A DNA stretch of 45,268 bases from Octopus bimaculoides. Its lineage: Eukaryota. The notes beneath the pieces were generated by a model that did not search any database, had not been told where the DNA came from, and saw only the letters and a list, made by a program, of their open reading frames with translations. This document shows positions 1 through 11,468 of this stretch, in pieces. Each line of letters begins with the position of its first letter. Within the stretch, counting starts at the first letter, position 1. The translations under genes and the position numbers were made by a program. The stretch is taken from contig NC_068997.1 in NCBI RefSeq assembly GCF_001194135.2, positions 21,620,488 through 21,665,755 on the forward strand, in the 5' to 3' direction.

Positions 1-15
1 AGGTGTATATATATA

Positions 16-160
16 GGGAGAATTCACAAACAAAAACAAAAGACCAAGACAGGTGGTGTTAGTATAACGCTCACTGAAAAAGTCTTTAACGTTTCGGGCT
101 TACGCTCTTCCACAGAAAGGAACACAGGAAGAAAGGAGAGAAAAGAATGGAGTTTAGAGT
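16..160 (-). mobile_element. Penelope-like element terminal-repeat (pLTR) fragment
   Basis: Contains a minimal hammerhead-like motif (84-119) ending GAAACGTT, with the same layout as the arms of the 11271-11655 element. Minimal hammerheads are an established hallmark of Penelope-like pLTRs. No ORF is present. Confidence 0.5.
84..119 (-). ncRNA. Minimal type-I hammerhead ribozyme-like motif (variant core)
   Basis: Minus strand reads CTTT-CTGTGGA-A-GAGC-GTAA-GCCC-GAAA-CG-TT|AAAG. Helix I is CUUU/AAAG. Helix II is GAGC/GCCC (one mismatch) with a GNRA loop, followed by GAAA and the palindrome AACGUU. The core has U at position 6 instead of A. Confidence 0.45.
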
Positions 161-234
161 TCGGTAAACTAAATCGCAATCAACGAATGGAGGCGATGTC
201 CTCGTGACAAAACTTATAAACGATTATTATTAAG

Positions 235-449
235 TGGCGAGCGGAATGAATCGAAGGAATAGTGGACAAAATTCTTCACAGCGTTTCATCAAGTCTGTGT
301 GTTCCATGTTTAAATTCTGTCGACTTTGGCTTTGTCTTTCATCCTTTCGGGGTCGATAAAATCATTTCATGTTCAGCTCTAGTGTTATTAATCGACTAAG
401 CCCTTCCAACAAACTGTCAGGCCTTGTGCCTTTAGAAGAAAGGATTATT
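235..449 (+). mobile_element. tRNA-derived SINE family A, diverged copy
   Basis: Core GTCGACTTTGGCTTTGTCTTTCATCCTTTCGGGGTCGATAAA and tail CAGGCCTTGTGCCTTTAGAAGAAAGGATTATT match many other copies in the window. Confidence 0.8.
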
Positions 450-647
450 CATATTAGCATTTGGCTTTTACATTTTTCGATCGGTTTCTCGCCTACACAC
501 ACACACGCATACACACACACACACACACATACACACACACATACACATACACACACACGTATACACACACTCATAATTTCATTTGTATACGTGTGTGTGT
601 ATGTATGTATATATATATGTGTGTGTGTGTGTGTGTTTGTATACATA

Positions 648-815
648 TGCGTTGCTGTGCGGTAAGAAGTTTGCTTCCCAACCACATTGTTCTACCAAGT
701 TCAGTCCGACTGAACAGCTTTGGCAAGTGGCTTCTACTATAGGCACACACAGGCTGACCAAAGCCTTGAGAGTAGATTCGGCAGACGGAAACTGAAAGAA
801 GCCTGTCGTATATAT
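648..815 (+). mobile_element. tRNA-derived SINE family B (CORE-like), 5' part
   Basis: GGTAAGAAGTTTGCTTCCCAACCAC...TGGCAAGTGGCTTCTACTATAG...GACGGAAACTGAAAGAAGCC followed by (TA)n/(TG)n; homologous to 926-1085. Confidence 0.8.
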
Positions 816-925
816 CTTTATATATATATATATGTGTGTGTGTTTGTGTCTTTGTGTCTGTGTTCGTTCCCCACTTTATGTTACAAAAATGCAAAAATAA
901 GATATCAATAAAAAGATATATATAT

Positions 926-1085
926 AGGCACGGATATGAGGTAAGAAGCTTGCTTCCTAACCACATGGTTCCGGGTTCAGTCCCACTGCATCGAACCTTG
1001 AGGAATTGTCTTCTACTATAGTCTCGGGCCGACCATAGCCTTGTGAGTGGAATTGGCAGACGGAAACTGAATGAAGCCCGTCTTA
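926..1085 (+). mobile_element. SINE family B, 5' part
   Basis: GGTAAGAAGCTTGCTTCCTAACCACATGGTTCCGGGTTCAGTCCC (tRNA-like head with B-box-like GGTTCAGTCC), then TCTTCTACTATAGTCTCGGGCCGACC...GACGGAAACTGAATGAAGCCCGTC. Confidence 0.85.
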
Positions 1086-1399
1086 TATATATATATATAT
1101 ATATATATATNNNNNNNNNNNNNNNNNNNNNNNNNNNNNNNNNNNNNNNNNNNNNNNNNNNNNNNNNNNNNNNNNNNNNNNNNNNNNNNNNNNNNNNNNN
1201 NNNNNNNNNNNNNNNNNNNNNNNNNNNNNNNNNNNNNNNNNNNNNNNNNNNNNNNNNNNNNNNNNNNNNNNNNNNNNNNNNNNNNNNNNNNNNNNNNNNN
1301 NNNNNNNNNNNNNNNNNNNNNNNNNNNNNNNNNNNNNNNNNNNNNNNNNNNNNNNNNNNNNNNNNNNAATCAAATAAATACAAGGCTTAGCAAAATAAT

Positions 1400-1503
1400 T
1401 AAGTACTGGGATCGATTCATTCGACAAAAAATTCTTCAAGGTGGTGCCCCATCATGGCTGCAGTCTAATGACTGAGGCATGTAAAAGAATAACAGAATAA
1501 AAG

Positions 1504-1504
<1 letters not shown>
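1400..1504 (+). mobile_element. SINE family B, 3' tail
   Basis: AAGTACTGGGATCGATTCATTCGAC...TTCAAGGTGGTGCCCCATCATGGCTGCAGTCTAATGACTGA matches 44531-44610 and the 3' part of 19551-19906. Probably continuous with 926-1085 across the N gap. Confidence 0.7.
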
Positions 1505-1547
<43 letters not shown>

Positions 1548-1989
1548 TATTTTGTCCGTCTGATAAATTCCCTTAGTATTATTTTCTTTGATACATTATT
1601 CTTCCGTCTCTGCCCATCAATATACAATATAAATTATTGTAGATATCTAGCGAAACATCTTGACGTATAAAATATTTGCATTTTATATTGAAGGCATCTT
1701 TATTGTTTATGTTGTTTTAGTTTGGGATTGCTGGAAAGGTCTCTTTTTAAACTTTGCTTTCTTGTCTTTTTATTTTTTTTTTAACACAACTATATTTAGC
1801 TAATATTTCAAGCACAGAATAGACAGAAAAATAATGCACGCGCGTGTGTATAAGCGTGTGTACAATAAACCACTTTCTTTTTACAGACTCATAATTCAGG
1901 AAACAAAAATTTAAAGAAAATCCATTTGCAAACTTCGCAATACAGCACTATGACGCTGAACTTAATTACTAGTGCGAAAAAATCCAGGA

Positions 1990-2040
<51 letters not shown>

Positions 2041-2327
2041 AGATTGATAGATACGGTATACATGCATGTGCTTGGCTCTGTGGATGCTTGTGTTCTTTAC
2101 TAACAACTTGTAAATGTCATTTCACTTATCTTTTGTATAAATCTAGGCAAAGTGGCAAAACGAGCAAGCTAAGCAATTTCATGAAAAGACCTTTAATGAG
2201 TCATTCAACCTCCTAAAGAAAGTAGCAGCCAAATTTTCTTTAGATTATATCCCGTTCTCATTTAAACTGAACGAGCTATTTGACAATGTACTCTTACTTA
2301 TTTTGTATCTGGAAGAAAAGTATATAT

Positions 2328-2455
2328 AGGCGCATGAGTGGCCGTGTGGTAAGAAGTTTGTGTCGACTGCATGGCAACGTGGGCATGTGTCTTCTACTAT
2401 AGACTCGGACCAACCAAGTCCTTCTGAGTGGATCTGGTAGATAGAAATTGAAATA
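2328..2455 (+). mobile_element. SINE family B, internally deleted copy
   Basis: GGCCGTGTGGTAAGAAGTTTG joins directly to GGGCATGTGTCTTCTACTATAGACTCGGACC...GATCTGGTAGATAGAAATTGAAA. Confidence 0.7.
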
Positions 2456-3533
2456 AAAGAATTATAACAATTAGACACGATGTTTACTACGAGTATTCTA
2501 TAGATCATTGTTCTACACGACAGATGTGACATGATGTTTACTACGGCAAGATCAAAAATAATGCTTTCTTCTATAAGCTCAAGGCCTGAAATTTTGGGGG
2601 AGGGCATTAATGGATTTCTTCTAATTTCATATATATATATATATGAAAAGGATGTGTTATAATATTATTCCACAGCCACACCAACTATCTAACATAACTC
2701 CATCATCAGCTGCCCCACGGATATCCTTATGGTTTCGACATCTGGCCGATACCATCCAATCCGGCGGTGTCAACAGCACGAAAATCAGTGTTGTTTGGGA
2801 ACAAACATACCAAAGAAACCACAACTTTCAAACACATTCACCCTGTGTACCACCGTATCGGTAAATAAATTCAATAAGTAAATTACAACCAACTTCTAAA
2901 TACGTAACTAAACAACGACAATCTATTAAGTCATACAAAAATTAAAATCCCTACCGTCTTCCATAGTATAATATAAAAGTGAAAGCTTAACCGCATTCAT
3001 TTAATCAATTTATTGGCAGGATTAAACACTAACTGTTAGACAACTACAACAAAGAAACATATAAACCAATGTACAATGTATCGGTAATAATGGTAAACTG
3101 CATTAACTAAATTATATGCTAAATCGCGACCAATCTTTAAGTCCATACAAATAATAATGCCACCAGTCTTCCATAGTTACTACTAGAATGCAAGTTAAGG
3201 CTTTATATAAATCTCTCTAAAACAAGACAAATACGATTGAAATTAATTGAAGTAATAATAATAATGAGTGAAATACATTATTTTATCATTCAAAAGTTAA
3301 TAATAAAACTCTACATACTCATTAATATATCACCGCTACAGGCTATAATATTAAATCATCAGTAACTAATAGAAACATCAGATTTCTTAAAATGGAAACT
3401 AATAAAAGTACTTGTAATAAAATATTATTATTAAACCTTGCTATGTTTAAAGCTAATTAAAACTGTTTGAAAGATAATAAAACTACAAGTATTAACACTT
3501 ACATATATATATGTATATATCATATATAGATAT

Positions 3534-3563
3534 CAAAGCTTTGTTGGGCACGAGGCTATAGTA
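3534..3563 (-). mobile_element. SINE family B, 3' piece of a copy split by the mariner
   Basis: Reverse complement TACTATAGCCTCGTGCCCAACAAAGCTTTG continues the SINE B sequence after the mariner insertion site. Confidence 0.75.
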
Positions 3564-4853
3564 TTAGGTTGTTAAGAAAGTTCTTGCAGTTTTTAACCTT
3601 TAAATTCAGATGCACATATCTCGGCTCGAGCAAAACTTTATTAATCGAAATAGACACCATCAGAAACAACACACTTTTGCCAATGCGATACAAGTTTTTT
3701 TATGCCAGTAGCGTAAAAATCCTGCGTTCTAGTGGCGATGAAGTCGTTGAAGGCGTGTTTGACATCGTCTTGGTTTTTGAAGCATTTCTCATGCAAGAGT
3801 TGTGGAGATGCTTGAAAAAGTGGTAGTCGGTAGGCGAGAGGTCTGGTGAGCATGGCGGATGAAGCAGAGTTTCGTAGCCCAATTCGTTCAACTTCTGCAG
3901 GGTCAGTTGTGCGACGTGCGGCCAATCGTTGTCGTGGAGAAAAATTGGTCCTTTTCTATAGACCAATGCTGGCTGTTGTTGTCGGAATTTCTTATGCATT
4001 TCATCCATTTGCTGATAGTACTTCTCCGCAGTAATGCTTTCGCTTGGATCCAAAATGCTCTGATGGATGAGACCGGCCGCATACCACCAAACAGTCACCA
4101 TGACCTTCTTTTGGTGAAACTTTGCTTTCGGGAAGTGCCGTGGAGCTTCGTCGCCGTCCAACTACTGAGCTGAGCATCGCCGGTTGTCGTAAAGAATCTA
4201 CTTTTCATCGCAAGTCACAATCCAGTCGAGAAACGGGTCGTTCTTGTTACGTAAAAGAAGGGAAGACGACACTTCAAAACGGCGTTTTTTTTTTTTGGTT
4301 GTCGTTCAATTCGTGCGGCAGCCATTTCTCAAGTATTTTTGTTTTTCCAATCTCTTTCAAGTGGTTGGAAATTATCGTATACGCTACGTATAATTCAGAA
4401 GCAAGCTCTCGAACAGTTGTGCGTGGATTGGCTTTGACTAAGGCTCTTAGTTGATCGTTGCCAACATCCGATGGCCGACCACTACGCTTATCATCTTCAA
4501 GACTCTCATCACCGCTACGAAATTTCTTGAACCACCATTGTGCTGTACGTTCATTAGTGGTTCCTGGGCCAAACGCATCGTTTATATCGCGAGCTGTTTC
4601 AGCAGCTTTTCGGCCTAGTTTGAACTGGAATAAAAACAATTGTACGAATATACTTTTTGCCCATGTTGTATTCAACGTTCCGGAAAAAAATGGCCTAATT
4701 ATTCGAAAAGAAAAAGAATAACACGATTAGACAGAGCGAAAACGGGCTTTAAAATTATATATAAAGTCAAAGTAATTTAAGGAAAATTGATTTGAAAATA
4801 CATCATTTAAAACCAAAATTTAAGATTTCGCAAGAACTTTCTTGACAACCTAA
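3564..4853 (-). mobile_element. Full-length mariner DNA transposon (Hsmar1-like, probably cecropia subfamily), inactive
   Basis: 1290 bp. 24-bp TIRs TTAGGTTGTTAAGAAAGTTCTTGC (from 3564) and GCAAGAACTTTCTTGACAACCTAA (4830-4853) differ at one position. TA on the left flank, CA (decayed TA) on the right. Internal transposase present. Confidence 0.95.
3641..4675 (-). pseudogene. Mariner transposase pseudogene (DD34D)
   Basis: Motifs GRKAAET, NERTAQWWF, WLPHEL, IVTCDEK, HDN, HPPCSPDLSPTDYHFF and C-terminal HWQKCVVSDGVYFD. Disrupted by a frameshift in the T-run near 4285, two TGG>TAG stops (about 4198 and 4162) and a frameshift near 3790. Confidence 0.95.
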
Positions 4854-4946
4854 CAGAAAACACTTGCCCAAATTGCCACTCAGAGGGACTGAACTCAGAA
4901 CCTTGTGATTTTGAAGCAATATTCTTACACAGCCACACCTGTACCT
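4854..4946 (-). mobile_element. SINE family B, 5' piece of a copy split by the mariner
   Basis: Reverse complement reads GGTGTGGCTGTGTAAGAATATTGCTTC...GGTTCTGAGTTCAGTCCCTCTGAGTGGCAATTTGGGCAAGTGTTTTCTG and stops at the mariner TIR. Confidence 0.8.
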
Positions 4947-5139
4947 ATTATATATAATATAATATAATATAATATAATGTAATATAATATAATAATGTGT
5001 TATATTATGCACACATTACACAATCACTTTGGCAAAATGCATAGCTACATTTATAGACAATTTTTATTCTGATATCTATTAAATAGTGGCGAGATTGAAT
5101 TTTCCGTTTTGGATTCTCTATTGGAAGCTTCCCAAATCC

Positions 5140-5290
5140 TAAAATATGCGTAACTGGTACTTATTTCATTGACACCAAAAGAATGAAAGGCAATTCGACC
5201 TCGGTGGAATTTGAACTCAGAACGTAGTGACGGACGAAATGCTGCTAACCATGTTACCCTGCGTGCTAACGAATCTGCCAGCTCTCCGCT
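5140..5290 (-). mobile_element. SINE family A (first of a tandem trio)
   Basis: CTGGTACTTATTTCATTGAC...CGACCTCGGTGGAATTTGAACTCAGAACG...GCTAACGAATCTGCCAGCTC is the reverse complement of the family head and core. Confidence 0.85.
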
Positions 5291-5296
5291 TTAATA

Positions 5297-5515
5297 ATAA
5301 TCTTTTCTACTGGAGGCACAAGGCCTCAAATTTGTTGGGACGGGACTAGTCGATTACATTGACACCAGTGTTTCACTGGTACTTAATTTATCGACCCCGA
5401 AAAGATGAAAGGCAAAGTCGACCTCGGCGGAATTTGAACTCAGAACGTCAAGCCGGACGATTTGACGCTTAGCATTTTGCCCGTCGTGCTGAAGATTCGG
5501 TCAGTTTGCCGTCTT
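5297..5515 (-). mobile_element. SINE family A, full length (second of trio)
   Basis: Tail TCTTTTCTACTGGAGGCACAAGGCCTC, core ATCGACCCCGAAAAGATGAAAGGCAAAGTCGACCTCGGCGGAATTTGAACTCAGAACG, and head. Confidence 0.9.
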
Positions 5516-5551
5516 AATATTGAAAATGATGATGATGATGATGTTGATGAT

Positions 5552-5773
5552 GATCCTTTCTGCTATAGGAACAAGGCTTGAAATTTGGGGGTAAGGGACC
5601 GCTCGATAACATCGACAACAGTGTTTCACTGGTATTTAATTTATCGATCTCGAAAAGATGAAAGGTAAAGTCGAGCTCAGTGGCATTTGAACGCAGAACG
5701 TAAAGACGGACGAAATGTCATTTCGCTAAGCATTTTGTCCGCCCTGCTATCGATTCTGCCAGCTCACCGCCTT
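5552..5773 (-). mobile_element. SINE family A, full length (third of trio)
   Basis: Same tail, core and head (…CGATTCTGCCAGCTCACCGCCTTAA), flanked by (GAT)n and (AAT)n. Confidence 0.9.
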
Positions 5774-5831
5774 AATAATGCCACTACTGATAATCATAAT
5801 AATAATAAGAAGAAGAATAATAATGACAATA

Positions 5832-5863
<32 letters not shown>

Positions 5864-6052
5864 AGTTACTTGGTGTGGTAAGATTGTTATATTTTAAGTT
5901 AAATATTCTAGGCTTTTATGTGGAATTTATTTACAGTTAAAGAAATATAAGTTTATTTATCGTGGACAACATCTCTCATTTGAATTTGAAACACTGGGAT
6001 CATGGGCGTTATACGATGACAGCAATATGTATTATGTGTGTGTATGTGCGTT

Positions 6053-6101
<49 letters not shown>

Positions 6102-6556
6102 ATGTTTATGTACAGGCGCCTGCTGTATGTATGTGCATATATATATATATATATATACTATGTGTATGTGGCAAATTTTAGCACATAAATATATATATAG
6201 ACATACATATGCACACAGATGTATATATACATACATACACACACAAGTACATGCACACATACATACACAGATAAGCACGTGTACGTACGTACATGTTGAT
6301 AGCTGGAAAAGCTGATAGACTAGTAAATAGATAGACAGATAGATATCAACGAGTTGTTGGCTTGTGGAAATATGTGGGTGCTTAAATGATTAACCAAGTT
6401 GTTTATTTAATTTCGTATCTGTACTTAAAAACTTGCTTACAGTAAACATTCGATACCCAATTATGCTTCTCAGCAGTTTGAGTGTTTCATGTATAAACAC
6501 AGAAACTAAGATGTTGGGATCAACAACGAAAACCCCTCAGCAACAAAACCAACAGG

Positions 6557-6700
<144 letters not shown>

Positions 6701-6840
6701 TCTTTCTACTATAGCCACAAGGCTTGAAGTCTTTGGTGAAAGTGTTAGTCGATTACATCGTCCCGACTGGTACTTATTTTATCGACCCCGAAATGATAAA
6801 AGGTAAATGTGGCCTTGGCGGAATTTGAACTCAGAACGTA
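6701..6840 (-). mobile_element. SINE family A, 5'-truncated
   Basis: TCTTTCTACTATAGCCACAAGGCTTGAA...ATCGACCCCGAAATGATAAAAGG...GGCGGAATTTGAACTCAGAACGTA. Confidence 0.85.
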
Positions 6841-8359
6841 TAACACAAATAATAATGATAGTAATAATAATAGTAATAGTAATAATAAAAGCGTAGTTTA
6901 AAAAAGTATACTTTAATTAAAATTAGGAAATTCTGTTTTGATTCTTCCAACACAAACAAGAATGAAATTGTACATAACAATCACCACCACCGCAATTACC
7001 GCCATCAGCGTTCCGTGTCAATATGTGATATTTCGAAGTCATTTTGCACCATTAAACTGGTCTTTCGCTTGCTTGGTTCTTATGGTTAAATATTCCCAGA
7101 CACTTTGTACAACAGTATCACGTCCAAACTAGTATATCTTTATGTTTTCTTTTCAGGAGTCCGTGTACAATCTGAACAGCTTACCATATCTTACCACTCT
7201 ATAAATCTCACTTTTATGTGCATGACGAAATATTTTTTTTCACGCTCATATATTGAATGGCGCCTTTCCACTAAGACAAGTTATATATTTTTTTTTAAAC
7301 ACACCAGACGTACTTCAGAACTGTCTATATACACTCGTTGATAGGAACTGCCATTTTAGCTTTTTCTTCATCTTCTTTTTTTATCCGTGTACCTCACTCA
7401 CCACACAAGAAAACATATTTATTTGTTGATAATAGGTCAGTCGTTTCGTTAACGGGAAAAGAAAGGATTGTGTGTGTGTGTGAGTATGTGTGTATGTCTG
7501 TGAGTGTATGTGGAAGTGTTTATAATACATACACACACATATAATATATATATATACGCACACACACACACTCACATATATAATATACATATACACACCC
7601 TCAGGCATATACACATGTTAAATATAGGTTTATACATTCGTAGTATATATATATATATATATATAAATATATATACGTCCGTATATATCTACGTACATAT
7701 ATGTGTATGTATATGTGTGTATATAAATGTGTGTGTGTTTATATATATATATAATGAAAAAAGCAACACGGATTCTAAAGGTTATTGCAGTACGCACGTT
7801 TCATACTACTCCATTTATTTAAGTAATGCGAGCATTACATTAAATGCAAAACGTGTGTGTGATCGGATATTCTTTTACTAATTTCAATCATTGGACAGTG
7901 ACCAAACTGTAACACCGACTACTGAAACGGGTCTTGCGCATATCTTATTACGAAGAGGAAACCAATCACAACCTGAACGGAAAGAGACTTAAAATTGTCC
8001 TACGCACCGTTCGGAAACGTTTTTCCTACACGTGAACACATACACACATGCAAGTACTCACACAAATATTTAGTATATCCGCTATTGGTATTTACATAAA
8101 TTTAAATGCATTTGCAATTTTTGTTCCTTTTCTTTAAATATTTGCTTGTATTACGAGAGAAAATGAAATCAGTAATAGGTACAAAAATGCAAAAAGGGTG
8201 GAAAAACACCAGAAAAACGTGTTAAATTGAATTCAGAGTTAATACGAAGCTTTTGGTCGAGAGAGAAGTGAAGGGAGTCATTGAGAACGGAATGAGCGTT
8301 TCATTTTCTTGTTTTTCGGTCCTTCAACTATATATGTATACATATGCCTATGTGTATGT

Positions 8360-8395
8360 ATGAATCTATGTATGTATGTATGTATGCACACACAC

Positions 8396-8488
<93 letters not shown>

Positions 8489-8490
8489 CA
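8360..8490. repeat. Compound (TATG)n-(CA)n-(TA)n microsatellite
   Basis: Seen directly in the sequence. Confidence 0.95.
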
Positions 8491-9231
8491 TAATAGTGGG
8501 CAAAAGAGAAAAAATGTATAAAGAATGGAAAGAAGAATCTCTTCGATTTTTGGTCCATGTTTTATTCCATTTCCTAAAACAGTTAGATACTTTCTCGATC
8601 TTACTTACTTCCTACAATGCCATTTTCCCCTTCCCTAAACCTACATATACCTACCTATCTCTCTCTCTCTCTCTCTCTTTATATCTCCGGCGTGAAACTT
8701 CAGCAAAAGCAGTGACCGACCACCTAGGTAGAGAAAAGATGGTGGTAAAATGGAATTAGATGAGATACATTGACGTTAAAAAGCGACTTAATTAAGGCGA
8801 AGGAATCACCCCCCGTTGATCAGTCGACATGTATTGATTTTCTCTTAATAAATTTGGGAAATGGATTAAAAGCTGCTGACTATAAAACTCATATTACACT
8901 TAGTAGAATTTCAAATATTCACAAAACATCTCATAAACGATAGTTCTCAACATTGATATCTCTGCTAGCCCTTCCTCGCTCAATCTTTCACTTTGTCTTT
9001 CACTCTCTAAGTTTCTTTCTGTTTCTAACAAACTCTCTCATTGTACATTGACTTCACAGCTAACCCTTCGTCTCTGTATATATCCCGCTATCTTTCTCTC
9101 TGTGTTTTTCAATCTCTCTCACTTATCAATTATATAACGTTATGTATATACATAACATACAAAATATACATGATATCATGTCGATTCCCTCAATTCAAAT
9201 CAATGCTTTACTTTTATAATTTTTCACAGTG

Positions 9232-9320
<89 letters not shown>
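9232..9320. repeat. (AAT)n microsatellite
   Basis: Seen directly in the sequence. Confidence 0.95.
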
Positions 9321-9321
<1 letters not shown>

Positions 9322-9534
9322 GTGGTATAATACTTAGGTTTATTTGATACATGCTAAAGAAAGATCTACTTTTGCATCAAGAAAATAACCGTTACAGAAA
9401 TTTTTGCGGAAAAAAAAATCCATCTTACCAAATAAAGAAATAAAATATTCCTTAAAGTTAGGGGAAAGCCTCAATACCGTATGCACACATATAATGTGTG
9501 TATATGTATGCGTATGAGTGCGTTTGTATGTATG

Positions 9535-9712
<178 letters not shown>

Positions 9713-10328
9713 CATATGTGTATGTGTGCGTATGTGTGCGTATGTGTGTATATATTTTATGTTATAATAAAAAAAATCAATTTTGCATTAAACTGAAGGA
9801 TTACTCAATACTTTTGTAGCATAATATTGACAACGACTTCGAAGTTTCTACCAGCTAAGTCATCATACATATCTTCAGGAAATGATATCTTAAAAACAGT
9901 ACATTTGCTGTAAATCATTATTCCTTATGAAAAGTTAGACTCTTTGAACAAGAGATACAATGTATTCAAACAACTGTGCCATTGTACTCTACGCGTATAC
10001 TACATTGAACCCTATGTTTTGGTATAGTCACCTCGATCTTCTTGCAAGTACTAAACACATAAGAGGTTTACGCTCAATTCTACATTTTGTCGGTGTATAA
10101 TAGTCCACAGTATCGGATGTTCTGGTCTATGTTGTTCTGTATGTGATAGTGCTAGCTGTGATGTGTAAGCTGTTTATTGACTTTATATTTCAGCACAGAT
10201 AATGCTGATAACCACTGTGTTCAATATAAAGAATGAAACTATTTGTTATTGTCATTTCTCGTGATTGTCATTTCTCGTCTACAGGCTGACAGACACTGTG
10301 TATATAAGTCTGTATACAATTCTGTATA

Positions 10329-10545
10329 CGAGGGGCTCCTGAAAAGTCCCTGGTTTTAAGTGTATCCCGAAAGGTCTGGTTGAAGACCCAAACTTCCCTG
10401 TTCTTTCATAGGGTTTAGAAAAACTGAAGAATTGCTGTAATAAATATGGGAATCCGAGAAGGGAATATGTTGCATACAACCATAACTAACTGATCCTCCT
10501 GTAGTTTCTTTTATCCAAAGCCAGGACCGTTTCAATACGCCCTCG
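10329..10545 (+). mobile_element. Mariner-derived MITE (about 217 bp)
   Basis: TA then CGAGGGGCTCCTGAAAAGTCCCTGGTTTT, and a right TIR whose reverse complement is CGAGGGCGTATTGAAACGGTCCTGGCTTT (about 21/29 match). The interior encodes the mariner C-terminal remnant GLEKLKNCCNKYGNPRREYVA. Confidence 0.8.
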
Positions 10546-11201
10546 AATATTTTGTTTCGTCTTTAAATCAGATCAGAAGCCAAATGCCCATAACTGATGT
10601 AGAGCCTCTGAGATTGGTTTAGCTATATCAGAACCGGAAACCTGACCAGAATGGTAGCAACATAATAGAATTAACTCAAAATTCATCCAAGATTTCAGCT
10701 GATGATGTTAGCATGAATGATAAGTTACATCTAACACGAACGTTAAATCTTCTACAAAGGATGGATGTGAGTGTGCCTGTTTGTAAATGCGTATGTATGT
10801 GTGTGTATGTGTGTGTGTATGTGTGTGTATGTGTGTGTATGTATGTGTATGTATATAGGTTGAAATTGATTTCCTTCAACATGTATAAAAGGTTAATATA
10901 TAATCTATGGTATGTATGTGGTGCACATACACTTCCTCTTTTAAGTGTAAAGTCATTTAATGTAACATGTATTCTTAGAAACACAGATACACATATATTC
11001 ACACATAATGTCTAAAGAAGATAGCAGATCAAAATGAAACAGGAACATTACACACACGCACACAGATAGATAGATAAATACATACGTACATACATACATA
11101 CAAACATACAGTGATATATATATATGGATGATGTTTGTGTGTATATACATATATAGATATATACACACATATATATATATACACAATATAATATAATGTA
11201 A

Positions 11202-11246
<45 letters not shown>

Positions 11247-11347
11247 ATATAATATAATGTAATATTATATAGTTCTATATTTAAGAGATGAGGAATTATT
11301 TACATTATTTACATTTGAGGATATTCGTCCTCATCTTGTTTGTTGTT

Positions 11348-11393
11348 AACACAACGTTTCGGCTGATATACCCTCCAGCCTTCGTTAGGTGCC
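11348..11393 (-). ncRNA. Minimal hammerhead ribozyme motif, left arm (G5>A core mutation)
   Basis: Minus strand reads GGCAC-CTAACGA-A-GGCTG-GAGGGTATAT-CAGCC-GAAA-CG-TT|GTGTT. Confidence 0.6.
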
Positions 11394-11402
11394 TTGGGGA
11401 TA

Positions 11403-11468
11403 TGGCGTAGTGGTTAAGAGCGCGGACTACTAACCTCAAGGTTCCGAGTTCGATTCACGGCAGCGACC
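11403..11468 (+). promoter_or_regulatory. tRNA-derived internal Pol III promoter (A box and B box); not a functional tRNA
   Basis: A box TGGCGTAGTGG (11403-11413) and B box GAGTTCGATTC (11446-11456). The anticodon-loop-like CTACTAA resembles the tRNA-Ser(GCT) arm, but the anticodon and acceptor stems do not pair. Confidence 0.7.

Noticed and set aside
7157-7204. Strong plus-strand acceptor TATGTTTTCTTTTCAG| followed by ESVYNLNSLPYLTTL*
   Set aside because: Only 15 codons in that frame, no recognisable homology in any frame, and no upstream partner exon.
9805-9907. Possible minus-strand exon [33 protein letters not shown], phase-compatible with the 44100 exon
   Set aside because: The acceptor lacks a polypyrimidine tract, and a 33-codon open frame is expected by chance. 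It would need RNA-seq support.
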